Counted from the first letter of the stretch, positions 40,924 to 50,626 are shown. The stretch is DNA of 64,000 nucleotides from Polyangiaceae bacterium (GCA_044222475.1 JBGANF010000006.1:32001-96000), one strand, 5' to 3'. Numbers and translations: made by a program. Notes: a model not told the origin generated them from the letters alone.

Positions 40924-41922
40924 ATGCGCGTCTTGGTCCTCGCTGTGCTGTCGTGCTGCGCACTCGCGTGCAGCAAGGCGCCGAGCGCCTCCGAGATCGA
41001 CGCGCTCTCGGCCGAGGCGAAGCAGAAGAACGCGGAGCTCGTCGCGAAGTTCGGCGGAGCGTCCTCCGAGAAGGCCGCGTGGACCCTCTCGATCGCGGGA
41101 CAGGCGACCCCGCTCGACCTCGATTTCACGCGCCTCGAAGCCCTGGCGACGACGCACATCCGCACGAGCTCGCCGGTCCGCACGCGCGACACGGCGGCCG
41201 TGCTCGACTACCGCGGGGTGCTCCTCTCGGCGTTGCTCGACCTCGCGCACGCCGACCCATCGGCTCAGGTGATCACGTTCGTCGCTGCCGACGGGTTCAT
41301 CTCGACCGTCGACGTCGCAGACGCGCGTCGCTTTCCGATCGTGCTCGCGCTCGAGCTCGACGGAAAACCCATCGCACGGGCGGACGGCGGCCCGCTGCTC
41401 CTGAGCTTCCCCGAGACCGACTTTCCCGACGTGCGCGCGAAGTACCGCGAGGTGTCGTGGTGCTTCTACACGACGTACATGATCGTGGGCCGCCAGCCCG
41501 TGCGGCTCGATGCCTCGGGGACCGTGCTCGGCGAGCAGCGGCTCGCTGCCCTTCCGCAGGCGTCGGCGGAGCTGAACGTGGGCTATCGGTTCGGGTGGCC
41601 TTCGACTCCGGTCATGACGCGCGGGCCGCTCCTCCGTGACGTGCTCGCAGCGGCCGGCGTGAAGGTCGACCGCGGCAGTCGCGTTCACGTCGACGGCCTC
41701 GCGCGCGCCACGTCGGCGAACGACTGGACGCTCGGCGGGGCCGAGGTCGAGGACTGCGGAGCGTTCCTCGCGACGACGTGGGGCGCGGATCGTGCTGCGA
41801 TCCCCGCGCGCATGGGGGGGCCGCTCGTCCTCGTCGTGCCGGAGGCGTGCCACTTCCCGGACTCCCACTGGCCGATGTTCGTCTCGGGCCTGCACGTCGA
41901 AGCGGAGGCGCGCGATCGATGA
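40924..41922 (+). CDS. Exported lipoprotein with two SUOX/Oxidored_molyb-like (PruR-like) domains
   Basis: Lipobox ALAC; domain 1 YRGVLLSALL..AADGF..LALELDGKPI..GGPLLLSFP..W; domain 2 RGPLLRDVL..LA..IPARMGGPLVLVVP..W. Confidence 0.75.
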   Translation: MRVLVLAVLSCCALACSKAPSASEIDALSAEAKQKNAELVAKFGGASSEKAAWTLSIAGQATPLDLDFTRLEALATTHIRTSSPVRTRDTAAVLDYRGVLLSALLDLAHADPSAQVITFVAADGFISTVDVADARRFPIVLALELDGKPIARADGGPLLLSFPETDFPDVRAKYREVSWCFYTTYMIVGRQPVRLDASGTVLGEQRLAALPQASAELNVGYRFGWPSTPVMTRGPLLRDVLAAAGVKVDRGSRVHVDGLARATSANDWTLGGAEVEDCGAFLATTWGADRAAIPARMGGPLVLVVPEACHFPDSHWPMFVSGLHVEAEARDR

Positions 41923-43415
41923 AGGGGTTTCGCTCCATCGCCGCGCGTCTCGTCGCCTACGCTGCGCTGCTCATCGTCGCGATCGTGGCGACCGTCGTCT
42001 TCCTCTGGGCGAACAACGTTCGCACCGTCCTCCGCGAGAGCATCCAGTCCGAGGCGCGCACCTTGGCGGTGGCGCTCGGCGAGACGCAGTACGCGATGCT
42101 CTACGACCGGAACACGAGTCAGCTCCGCATCTCGATCGAGCTCACCATGAAAAACAGCGACGACGTCGTCTACGTGGTCGTGTCCGACGCGCGCGAGAAG
42201 GATCGGATCGTGGCCGCGTCCTCGGACGAGCTCGTCATGCAGTGGGTCCCGGACATCGTCCCCTACGCGGTGACCCAACGCGCGTGGGCGGACCCGACGC
42301 CGGACGTGCGCACGTCCGAGACGTTCTTGCTGCGCGACGTGAAGAGCAGCGACGGCCGCGCCCGCGGGCACCGCGGGGAACAGGTGTTCGAGGTCGCCGA
42401 GGATCTGATGTCGCAGTCCGGCGATCGGGTCGGCGTCCTCCGCGTCGGCGTGAGCGAGCGCCGGGCCGAAGAGGAGGCCGCACGCGCTGCGCGCATCGCC
42501 GCCCTCGCCGGCGTCGTCGCTCTGGTGTGTGGTCTCCTCGGCGCGGCGCTCCTTGCTCGCTCGCTCACGCGGCCGATATCGCGTCTCGCCGACGCGATGC
42601 GCAAGGTCGGCGACGGTGATCTCGAGCGCGAAGCGGAGGTGCTCGGTCGCGACGAGGTGGCCGGTCTCGCGAGCACGTTCAACGCGATGCTCGCCGGGCT
42701 CCGCCAGAAGCGCGCGCTCGAGAAGTACGTCCCGATGGGCGCTCGCAAGGAGGTGGCCCAGGCCCCGAGCGGACACATCAAGCTCGGCGGCGAGCGTGTG
42801 AAAGCGACGATCCTGTTCTCGGATTTGCGCGGGTTCACGTCGATGTCGGAGGAGATGCGACCGGACCAGGTCGTGAGCCTTCTCAACGAGTACCTCGAGG
42901 CGATGAGCCGCGTCATCGTCGAGAGTGAAGGGGACATCAACGAGTACATCGGCGACGCGATCCTCGCGGTGTTCCCCTGTCGCGACGGCAAGAACGGGTC
43001 GCTCCTCGCCGTGCGGGCAGCTTGGGAGATGCGCGAGGAGCTCGCGCGGCTTCAGAAGCGGACCAAGAACGAGCGTCTTCGGCTTCTGAAGATGGGCATC
43101 GGGGTCCACACCGGCGATCTCGTCGAAGGGAACATCGGGAGCATGGACCGCGTGAAGTTCGGCGTCGTGGGGGACACGGTGAACACGGCGGCGCGCATTC
43201 AGGACAAGTCGCGGGAAGGGACGCACACCCACATCTTCGTGAGCGAAACCGTGAAGGACGAGCTCGAGGGCGAGTTCGAGACCGTTCACGTCGGCGACCT
43301 GTCGTTCAAGGGGAAGAGCAAGCCGCTCTCCACGTGGGAGATCGTCGAACCGACGGCGAAGGCCGGCAAGGGACCTTCGCTCTGGCCGAAGGCTACGGGC
43401 TCGCCCCCAGAATGA
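41919..43415 (+). CDS. Membrane class III nucleotidyl cyclase (TM-sensor-TM-HAMP-cyclase)
   Basis: ATGA overlap; HAMP LTRPI..DEVAGLA..FN.M; FSDLRGFT, NEYIGDAIL, GIGVHTG, KFGVVGDTVNTAARIQ. Confidence 0.92.
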   Translation: MKGFRSIAARLVAYAALLIVAIVATVVFLWANNVRTVLRESIQSEARTLAVALGETQYAMLYDRNTSQLRISIELTMKNSDDVVYVVVSDAREKDRIVAASSDELVMQWVPDIVPYAVTQRAWADPTPDVRTSETFLLRDVKSSDGRARGHRGEQVFEVAEDLMSQSGDRVGVLRVGVSERRAEEEAARAARIAALAGVVALVCGLLGAALLARSLTRPISRLADAMRKVGDGDLEREAEVLGRDEVAGLASTFNAMLAGLRQKRALEKYVPMGARKEVAQAPSGHIKLGGERVKATILFSDLRGFTSMSEEMRPDQVVSLLNEYLEAMSRVIVESEGDINEYIGDAILAVFPCRDGKNGSLLAVRAAWEMREELARLQKRTKNERLRLLKMGIGVHTGDLVEGNIGSMDRVKFGVVGDTVNTAARIQDKSREGTHTHIFVSETVKDELEGEFETVHVGDLSFKGKSKPLSTWEIVEPTAKAGKGPSLWPKATGSPPE

Positions 43416-44178
43416 TCCCGCGCTCGCCGAAGTCGGCGAGGAGACGGGCGATCGACGCCAGCGCGGCGTCGTCCATCGGGTGTCCCGTCTTGGTACACGC
43501 GTCGGCGATGGCGGCCTGCAGCGGGGCCCGATCGAGGAGGCGCTCGACCAGGGCATGGGCTAGGTCGGTGAGCTCCAGCACGCGGACGACCCACTCGGCG
43601 TCGCGGTGGACGAGGAGGAGCACGGGCCTCACCTCCGGAGCACCCTCGAAGGGAAGGTGGACCGCGTGTTCGAGACCGATCAAACGGACGGACCCGCTCA
43701 TCGCGACCGGGCGGTCGACGGCGAGATCGACCAGCGTCGGCGGCTCGGGCAGGGGTGGAGCTGCTCCGGCGGCGAAGAGGGCGAGCTCGTGTCGGGCGGA
43801 GTCGGTCGCCCACCGAGGCACCGCGGGATCGGCGGCCCAGCGCGGGAGGACCCACTCGACGAACTCGAACGGGACGTCGCGGAGGTAGGGGCTCTCGGGG
43901 CCGCTCTCGGCGAGGAACGCCGAGAAGTCGCGATCGAAGCGCTCCCCCACGCGCTCGCGGGTGAGCGAGAGAAGGTTGTAGGTTACACCTTTCAGGTTGT
44001 TCCGAACGAGCTCGCGGTAGAGGGCGAACCGCCGCGCGCCTTCACCCAACGCGGCCACGTCCTCCTCGGGGACCCCGCGCTTGCGCAGGAACTCCGCCGG
44101 ATCGCGGGCGAGCTCGTCCGCTGCCGTGCCGTCGAGGCAGGCATCGGCGAGCGCTTCCTGTATGGTGCGATCCGTCAC
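43393..44178 (-). CDS. DUF2063 (MNIO partner, BufC/HvfC-like) protein
   Basis: RFALYRELVRNNL..TRERVGERF..FLAE.GP.SPYLRDVPFEF..DSARHELA; C-terminal LLVHR...L helical domain. Confidence 0.85.
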   Translation of the reverse strand: MTDRTIQEALADACLDGTAADELARDPAEFLRKRGVPEEDVAALGEGARRFALYRELVRNNLKGVTYNLLSLTRERVGERFDRDFSAFLAESGPESPYLRDVPFEFVEWVLPRWAADPAVPRWATDSARHELALFAAGAAPPLPEPPTLVDLAVDRPVAMSGSVRLIGLEHAVHLPFEGAPEVRPVLLLVHRDAEWVVRVLELTDLAHALVERLLDRAPLQAAIADACTKTGHPMDDAALASIARLLADFGERGIILGASP

Positions 44179-44195
44179 CTCACCAGCATACGATC

Positions 44196-46508
44196 ATGAC
44201 GGACCGAACGTTTCGCTTGGGCCGCGACCCGCAGTCGAAAATCGACTTCAGCCTTCCGCCCCATCATTTCGCGACCCACGCGGTCGTGGTCGGGATGACC
44301 GGGAGCGGGAAGACCGGGCTCTGCATCGACCTCGTCGAGGAGGCGCTGCGCAACCGCGTGCCGCTCCTCATGATCGACATCAAGGGCGACCTCGGGAACC
44401 TGGCGCTCCTCTTCGACGATCAGGCGCCGGCGAGCTTCCTCCCGTGGGTCGACGCCGACGCGGCGCGGCGCGAAGGGAAGGACCCCGCCATCGTCGCCGA
44501 AGAGACCGCGACGCGGTGGCGCGAAGGGCTCGCGGGCTGGGGCATCGGCAAGGACGACATCCGCGCGCTGCGCGAGGGTCTCGACCTCCGCATCATCACC
44601 CCGGGGACGAGCGCCGGCGAGCCGCTCCACGTGCTGTCGCCGCTCGAACAGAGGAGCGATCTCTGGGAGCTCGACGAAGAGGTCGCGCGGGAGTCGCTGT
44701 CGGCGTCCCTGTCGTTGCTCTTGCGCATGGTCGAGCGCGAGCCCGATCCGACGCGTGGGCGCGAGCACGTGCTCCTCGCGCACCTCTGCGAGCGCCGTCT
44801 CCGAGCCGGCAGCGCAGCCGGGCTCGAGGCCATCCTGGAGGATCTGAAGGCGCCGCCGATCGAGCGCGTGGGTGCTCTCGCCGTCGACGAGTTCCTGCCC
44901 CCGAAGGAGCGCGCCGACCTCGCGAAGGATCTCAACGCCCTCATCGCCTCGCCGACGTTCAGTACGTGGCGCACGGGGGCACCGCTCGACGTCGCGCAGT
45001 GGATGCGCGGGCGAGATCCCAAGAAGGTACCGGCGGTGATCGTCTCGGTGGCTCACCTCGACGACGCCGAGCGAATGCTGGTGCTCTCGCTCGTCCTCGA
45101 GCAGACGTTGGCGTGGGTGCGCGGTCTGTCGGGCACCAGCGACCTGCGGAGCCTCGTGCTCTTCGACGAGGTGTTCGGCTTCATGCCTCCGCACCCGTCG
45201 AACCCGCCGACGAAGCGACCGATGCTCGCGCTCCTCAAGCAGGCGCGCGCGTTCGGCGTGGGGATCGTCGTCGCGACGCAGAACCCGGTCGACATCGACT
45301 ACAAAGCGCTCTCCAACGCCGGCGTGTGGTTCGTGGGCCGGCTCCAGACCGACGCCGATCGCGAGCGCGTCGTCGAGGGGCTCGTCGGGAGCGACGCCGG
45401 CGCCGTGGTCGCGCAGGATGCGGGCGACCTCGGCGCGATCATCAAGTCGCTTCCGCCGCGGACGTTCTACGTGCGCGACGTCCATCGAAAGCCGCCGACG
45501 GCGATGATGGAGACGCGTTGGACGATGTCGTACCTGCGGGGTCCGCTCACTCGGCAGGAGATCAAGCGGCTCACCCCCAAGGCGGCGCCTCCGCCCCCTC
45601 CCGCTCCCGCTCCCGCTCCCGCGCCCGCTCCCACTCCCACTCCCACTCCCACTCCCACTCCCTCTCCTTCTCGTGCGCCCGCGTTGCCCGAAGGATGGAC
45701 CGCACTCTTCCCGCACCCGCCGCAGGCGCCGGTCACCGCGTGGTCGTACGCGCCGCACGCGGCCCTGATGGGCGTCGTCCAGCTCACCGACAAGAAGCTC
45801 GGCTACGTCGAGCAACGGAAGCTCTGCATCGCTGCGCCGATCGAGAACGGCGAGGTCCAAGCGTCGCGGGTGACCGACTTCGCCCCGGACGCGTTCGATC
45901 ACCCCGCCGTCGCCGGAGCGTCGTTCGGCGATCTCGCCGGCTTCTTCGGCGGCGCGCGCGCGGTGAAGTCGCGCGAGAAGCAGCTCCGCGATCTCGCGCT
46001 CGCGACGGCCCGCGCGACCGTCTTCGAGAACCCGGTGCTCTCGCTCGTGTCGTCCCCGGGAGAGACGGCAGAGGCGTTCGCGGCGCGAGTCGCGGAGATC
46101 GCGCGCGCGCGGCAGGCCTCGCTTCGCACCGAGCTCGTCGCGAAGCACGACCCGAGGTTGCAGAAGCTCGCGATGCAGCGCGACGCTGCGCGGGCGGAGC
46201 TCGCGCAGGCCCAGGCCCAGGCCCCGGGCGGGTTCGACGCGGTCGGGGCGGTGCTGCTCGGTCGCGGCGCGATGAATCGGGCGATGGCCCGAAGTGACAA
46301 GGCGCAGACGCGGATCCAGAAGCTCGGCTCCAAGGTCGCCGACGCGGAGGCCGCGCTCGCGGAGGCGGTCGCGAAGCGGAATCACGAGATCGCGACGAAG
46401 GAAGCGGAGCTCGGAGCGGTCGCGACGGCGACGGTGGAGCGCGTGGTGCTGCCGAAGAAAGACGCGCTGCACGTGGAGGGATACGCGGTCCTCTGGATCG
46501 CACGCTAG
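44196..46508 (+). CDS. HerA/DUF87-like P-loop ATPase with C-terminal coiled coil
   Basis: THAVVVGMTGSGKTG, IDIKGD, FDEVFG, KQARAFGVG..ATQNPVD. Confidence 0.88.
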   Translation: MTDRTFRLGRDPQSKIDFSLPPHHFATHAVVVGMTGSGKTGLCIDLVEEALRNRVPLLMIDIKGDLGNLALLFDDQAPASFLPWVDADAARREGKDPAIVAEETATRWREGLAGWGIGKDDIRALREGLDLRIITPGTSAGEPLHVLSPLEQRSDLWELDEEVARESLSASLSLLLRMVEREPDPTRGREHVLLAHLCERRLRAGSAAGLEAILEDLKAPPIERVGALAVDEFLPPKERADLAKDLNALIASPTFSTWRTGAPLDVAQWMRGRDPKKVPAVIVSVAHLDDAERMLVLSLVLEQTLAWVRGLSGTSDLRSLVLFDEVFGFMPPHPSNPPTKRPMLALLKQARAFGVGIVVATQNPVDIDYKALSNAGVWFVGRLQTDADRERVVEGLVGSDAGAVVAQDAGDLGAIIKSLPPRTFYVRDVHRKPPTAMMETRWTMSYLRGPLTRQEIKRLTPKAAPPPPPAPAPAPAPAPTPTPTPTPTPSPSRAPALPEGWTALFPHPPQAPVTAWSYAPHAALMGVVQLTDKKLGYVEQRKLCIAAPIENGEVQASRVTDFAPDAFDHPAVAGASFGDLAGFFGGARAVKSREKQLRDLALATARATVFENPVLSLVSSPGETAEAFAARVAEIARARQASLRTELVAKHDPRLQKLAMQRDAARAELAQAQAQAPGGFDAVGAVLLGRGAMNRAMARSDKAQTRIQKLGSKVADAEAALAEAVAKRNHEIATKEAELGAVATATVERVVLPKKDALHVEGYAVLWIAR
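45596..45668 (+). repeat. In-frame (CCCGCT)n(CCCACT)n tract encoding a PAPA/PTPT linker
   Basis: Same hexamer as the 32395-32514 element; GCT/ACT codons are atypical for this genome. Confidence 0.7.
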
Positions 46509-46533
46509 ACCCGGACTCGGACTCGGACTCGGC

Positions 46534-47022
46534 CTAGCGCAGCGTAATCTTCAGCTCTTGTCCCACAGTAGTACCGACTCCATCGGACTCGGCGATCGTC
46601 AGCTTGAGCGGCGCCTTCGGCGGGCTCCCGGTCCAGTACATGCTGTCGAAGACGAGTCGGTCGTTCTTGACCGTGACCCATCCCGCGCCGCAGGTCGAAG
46701 CGTTGCCCTTGACCGTGCCGACCGAGTTGCCGTCGGCGTCGGTGAGCTCGACGACGTAGTTGAGGAGCGACTTCTTGGGCGCCCAGCTCTGGACGTTCAA
46801 CCAGATGTGGCTCCCGCCTTGCGATCCATGGTCGACCGGTATCGCGTCGCCATCGCGGATGGGTTGGAACTCGCCGTCGGAGCCGTACCCGAGGCGGACG
46901 AGCATCTTCCCGTCGGGCGGCGCCGCCGCTTGGTCGGAGCACTCGATCTGTCGGTCTTGGGCACCGGGGCCGCACGCGGCAACGAGAAGGGCGAAGACGA
47001 AAGGAAACGCAAGGCGACGCAT
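46534..47022 (-). CDS. Hypothetical lipoprotein
   Basis: MRRLAFPFVFALLVAAC; HGSQGGSHIW motif. Confidence 0.75.
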   Translation of the reverse strand: MRRLAFPFVFALLVAACGPGAQDRQIECSDQAAAPPDGKMLVRLGYGSDGEFQPIRDGDAIPVDHGSQGGSHIWLNVQSWAPKKSLLNYVVELTDADGNSVGTVKGNASTCGAGWVTVKNDRLVFDSMYWTGSPPKAPLKLTIAESDGVGTTVGQELKITLR

Positions 47023-47051
47023 GAGCGTGGAGGATAGCACCGCCTGGCGAC

Positions 47052-48221
47052 TCACCGCGATGCGTCGCTGGTCGAGCCCGCGTCGCTGACGCTCGCCTTC
47101 ACCGGGGCGATGCTCTTGCAGCAGCGAAATCCGAGGTGGTAGTTCACGTGCCACGCTGCGTCGATCGGCTCCACGTGCCAGCGCGGGTCGAAGTTGCAGT
47201 GATCGGGGTAGGTTTCGCGCCCGCCGAGCACCTGCTGCTCGGTGTGCTTGCGCGCGACCTCGGCGTAGAACCACGCGCTGCCCTTGAGCTGGGTCACCAC
47301 GGAGCCGTCGTTCTCGGTGCGGGTCATCACCTCGGCGACGTTGCCGTGTTGATCGAACACGCCGAACCGCGAGCGGCAGCGCGGGTAGCTGCCCGAAGGC
47401 TCGGTCTCGGTGCTGCACGTCTCCCACGTGTTCTTCGCGGTCGTGGGGGAGCACGTGATCGGGGGCGTGCGCGGCTTGTTCGTGTTGCAGACCGTGAGGT
47501 CGAGCTCGTCGCCGTAGGCGTAGGCGCGGTCCGCGCCGCCGGCCGGGTCGCCGCGGCACGCGAGCTGCCACTCGCCCTGAGTGCAGAGGCGTTTGCCTTG
47601 CAGCGCACACATCGTCCGGGCGTGGGTGGGCGCGGTGTAGACGAACGGGAGCTCGCACGGTTTGTTCGGAAACTCGAAGACGTCCATGCAGTACGTCGCG
47701 CTGTTCGGGTCGCCGTTCTTGAAGATCGGTACCATGTTGGGACCGCCGCATCGCGCCCGCTGCTCGTCGGTCTGGAGGACGGTGCCGGAGAGCGCGTGCA
47801 GGCAGGCTTCCTTGCCGATGAGGTGCTTGGCGATCGCCTTGTTGCCCTGGTTCATCCGGGTGACGGCCGGCCCGACGTTGAGCGCGAGGAAGACGTTGGC
47901 ACCAGTGCTCCTCGCCTCGGCTTCGGTCATCGGGCGAAGGTCGATCAGCGTGAGGAGCTGCTCGCGGGTCTCCTTGTGGTTCGCCATCGGATCCTCGGGC
48001 GGTGCGGCGTCGACCCAGGCGTCGACGCTCGTGGTCGCGTCGAGATCGGCGTCGCTCGTGCCTGCGCCATCCGCGGTCGACGCGTCCACGGCGGGAGCGG
48101 CGTCGGCCGTGCGATCACGTTCGACGACGGGCGGCTTGGGTGTGACCTGCGTGCACGCCCACGCGAACGAGGTGACGAAGAGCGCGCCGCTGGCGATGCG
48201 GAGCGATCGCGCTCTCGTCAC
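47052..48221 (-). CDS. FGE-sulfatase-like lipoprotein
   Basis: Lipobox FAWAC; YCMDVFEFPN, GKRLCT..EW..AC, FGVFDQHGNVAE, LGFRCC. Confidence 0.82.
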   Translation of the reverse strand: MTRARSLRIASGALFVTSFAWACTQVTPKPPVVERDRTADAAPAVDASTADGAGTSDADLDATTSVDAWVDAAPPEDPMANHKETREQLLTLIDLRPMTEAEARSTGANVFLALNVGPAVTRMNQGNKAIAKHLIGKEACLHALSGTVLQTDEQRARCGGPNMVPIFKNGDPNSATYCMDVFEFPNKPCELPFVYTAPTHARTMCALQGKRLCTQGEWQLACRGDPAGGADRAYAYGDELDLTVCNTNKPRTPPITCSPTTAKNTWETCSTETEPSGSYPRCRSRFGVFDQHGNVAEVMTRTENDGSVVTQLKGSAWFYAEVARKHTEQQVLGGRETYPDHCNFDPRWHVEPIDAAWHVNYHLGFRCCKSIAPVKASVSDAGSTSDASR

Positions 48222-49711
48222 GGGCCGATCGTGAAGGTGTGCGAGGTCTTCTGCCCGTCGTAGACCTGGACGGGGAACGACTGCGACTTGCCCCCCTCGG
48301 TCTCGCACTTCACGACGTGCGATCCCGCGGACACCTCGTAGTTGGCGACTGGCGTCGCGCCGATCGGCCGGCCGTCGACGGAGATGTTGCACCACGCCGG
48401 CTTCGCGGAGATGTTGATCGTGCCGCGGCCCTTCGGGCGCGACGACGCGACCGGCAGGGCGTTCACGCTCATCACTGGGGCTTCGACGGTGGCGCTCGCC
48501 GATGCGGTCGGCGTGATCGGAGTCGTGGCGGTCGCTTTCGCGCTCACCGTCGGTGCGGTCGACGCGACGACCGGCGCGCGCTTTCGTTGCACCCACACCG
48601 CAGCGAAGAGCACGCCAGCGACGAGCACGCATGCGAGCAGCACTCCAGCGATCGCGAACGGCAGCACCGGCACGCGGCGCTTGCGCGACGCGGTGGTCGT
48701 CCCGGCGGCCCACGGCGCGGGCGACGGATCGGGCGGGTGGAGCGACGGCGGGCGATCGTTCGGCTTCACGATCGCCGGCATCGCGTTCGTCGCGTCCGGG
48801 TCGTCGGTGGTGGGGGCGCCGCCCATCGGGCTGGGCAGGCGGAGCGGGCTGTGCTCGAGCTCGGGGAGGAGCGCGGCGAGGCGCTCGACCACGGCCTCGA
48901 AATGGGGGATGCGGCGATCGCGGTCGGTGACGATGCACTCACGCACGATCGCGCGGACGCCCTCGGGGAGGTAGGGCGCGGCGGCGTCGATGCTCTTCGG
49001 CTGCTGCGTCGCGATCGTGACGATGAGCGCGTTGAAGTTGGGCGCTTCGAAGCAGCGGAGTCCGGTGAGGCCCTCGAACAGGATCGCGCCGAACGCGAAG
49101 ATGTCGGTGCGAAGATCGATGTCGGTCACGCCGCGCGCTTGCTCGGGGCTCATGTACAGCGGCGAACCGAGCACGGTTCCGGCGACGGTGAGCGCGTCGT
49201 TGCGGTCCTCTTCGAGGAGGAACTTGCTCACCCCGAAGTCGAGGACCTTCGGCACCGCGATCCCTTCGCGGTCCTTGTGGAGGTAGATGTTGGACGGCTT
49301 GAGATCCCGGTGGACGACTCCGGCGCGATGCGCGGCGGTGAGCCCGCGAGCCACGTCGAGCATGATGCCGATGAACTCGTAGACGGTCATCGGCGGCTGC
49401 TGGCGCCGCATCGCCATCTCGAGGTTGACGCCCGCGAGCAGCTCCATCACGAGGAAGAGCGCGCCGTCCTCGGCTTGCCCGACGTCCATGATCTGGATGA
49501 CGTTCGGGTGTTGGATCTTTCCGGTGATCTTCGCTTCCTGAAGGAAACGCTTCGCGGCCTCGGGGGTCTTCGCGAACGAGGGGAGCAGGAACTTGATCGC
49601 GAACTGGCGCTCCGTGAAGACGTTCGTCGCCGACCAGACGGTGGCCATGCCGCCCGTCCCCAGGATCTGGTTCAGCCGGTACTTCCCGGCGATGGTCTGC
49701 CCCGATTGCAT
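48218..49711 (-). CDS. Membrane Ser/Thr kinase with C-terminal PEGA-like domain
   Basis: GTGGMATVW, HRDLKPSN, DFG, GSPLYMSPE; TM; ISVDG..IGATP. Confidence 0.93.
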   Translation of the reverse strand: MQSGQTIAGKYRLNQILGTGGMATVWSATNVFTERQFAIKFLLPSFAKTPEAAKRFLQEAKITGKIQHPNVIQIMDVGQAEDGALFLVMELLAGVNLEMAMRRQQPPMTVYEFIGIMLDVARGLTAAHRAGVVHRDLKPSNIYLHKDREGIAVPKVLDFGVSKFLLEEDRNDALTVAGTVLGSPLYMSPEQARGVTDIDLRTDIFAFGAILFEGLTGLRCFEAPNFNALIVTIATQQPKSIDAAAPYLPEGVRAIVRECIVTDRDRRIPHFEAVVERLAALLPELEHSPLRLPSPMGGAPTTDDPDATNAMPAIVKPNDRPPSLHPPDPSPAPWAAGTTTASRKRRVPVLPFAIAGVLLACVLVAGVLFAAVWVQRKRAPVVASTAPTVSAKATATTPITPTASASATVEAPVMSVNALPVASSRPKGRGTINISAKPAWCNISVDGRPIGATPVANYEVSAGSHVVKCETEGGKSQSFPVQVYDGQKTSHTFTIGP

Positions 49712-49774
49712 TTCTGTGAACGGTTTACTTCTCCCTCTGCTGGCCGCAGAGGGCAACATTTCCCCATGTAGGTC

Positions 49775-50542
49775 TCAAGCGACGGTGAACCCGCCGTCGA
49801 CGACCAGTACTTCCCCGGTGGTGAAGCTCGAAGCGTCCGAAGCCAAGTAGACCGCAGCGCCTGCGATCTCGTCGGGTTGCGCGTGGCGCCGTAGCGGCGT
49901 TCGCGCGTCCATCTCCTTCGCGATGTCGCTCTGGACGAGCGCCGCGGCGAGCTTGGTGTCGACCAGGCCGGGCGCGATCGCGTTCACGCGAATGCCGGAC
50001 GGGCCGAGCTCGTAAGCGAGCGTCTTCGTGAGCGAGACGACGCCGGCCTTCGTCATGCCGTAGACGCCTTGCATCGGCGCCGAACGGAGCGCGACGACGC
50101 TCGCGACGTTGACGAGGCTGCCCTTCGCGCCGCGAGCGATCAGGTGCTCCGCGACCTGGCGGCACATCCAGAAGTAGCCCTTGAGGTTGACCTCGAAGGT
50201 CTTGTCCCACGCGCCCATGTCGGCGGTGAGGAGCGGACCGAAGTGCGGGTTCGTCGCGGCGTTGTTGACGAGCACGTCGCACTTACCGAAGTGCTTCACG
50301 GTGCGCTCGACGAGGGCCTTGCAGTCGGCCTCTTTGCCGGTGTGGGCGGCGACGCCGAGGGCGGCACCGGCGCGGACGCCGTTCAGCTCTTTCTCGGCGG
50401 CAGCCACCGCGTCGTCCTTGCGGGACGCCACGACGACGTTCGCTCCGCGCTCGACGAGAGCGCGTGCGATCGCGAAGCCGATGCCACGGGTTCCTCCCGT
50501 GACGATCGCGACGCGGCCGTTCAGTGTGACGTCCAACGACAT
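49775..50542 (-). CDS. Short-chain dehydrogenase/reductase
   Basis: TGGTRGIG, NNAA, YGMTK, NAIAPG. Confidence 0.93.
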   Translation of the reverse strand: MSLDVTLNGRVAIVTGGTRGIGFAIARALVERGANVVVASRKDDAVAAAEKELNGVRAGAALGVAAHTGKEADCKALVERTVKHFGKCDVLVNNAATNPHFGPLLTADMGAWDKTFEVNLKGYFWMCRQVAEHLIARGAKGSLVNVASVVALRSAPMQGVYGMTKAGVVSLTKTLAYELGPSGIRVNAIAPGLVDTKLAAALVQSDIAKEMDARTPLRRHAQPDEIAGAAVYLASDASSFTTGEVLVVDGGFTVA

Positions 50543-50626
50543 GAGGGGGAAGCGCTTACCACAACCGACCCTCCCCGGAAAGGCAGGCCTTTGACGCGGC
50601 GTGTCATCAGGGTGCGGGAGAAGAAG

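Noticed and set aside
44196..46508. HerA-based anti-phage system
   Set aside because: No adjacent nuclease, SIR2 or other effector gene; the neighbours are DUF2063 and a lipoprotein
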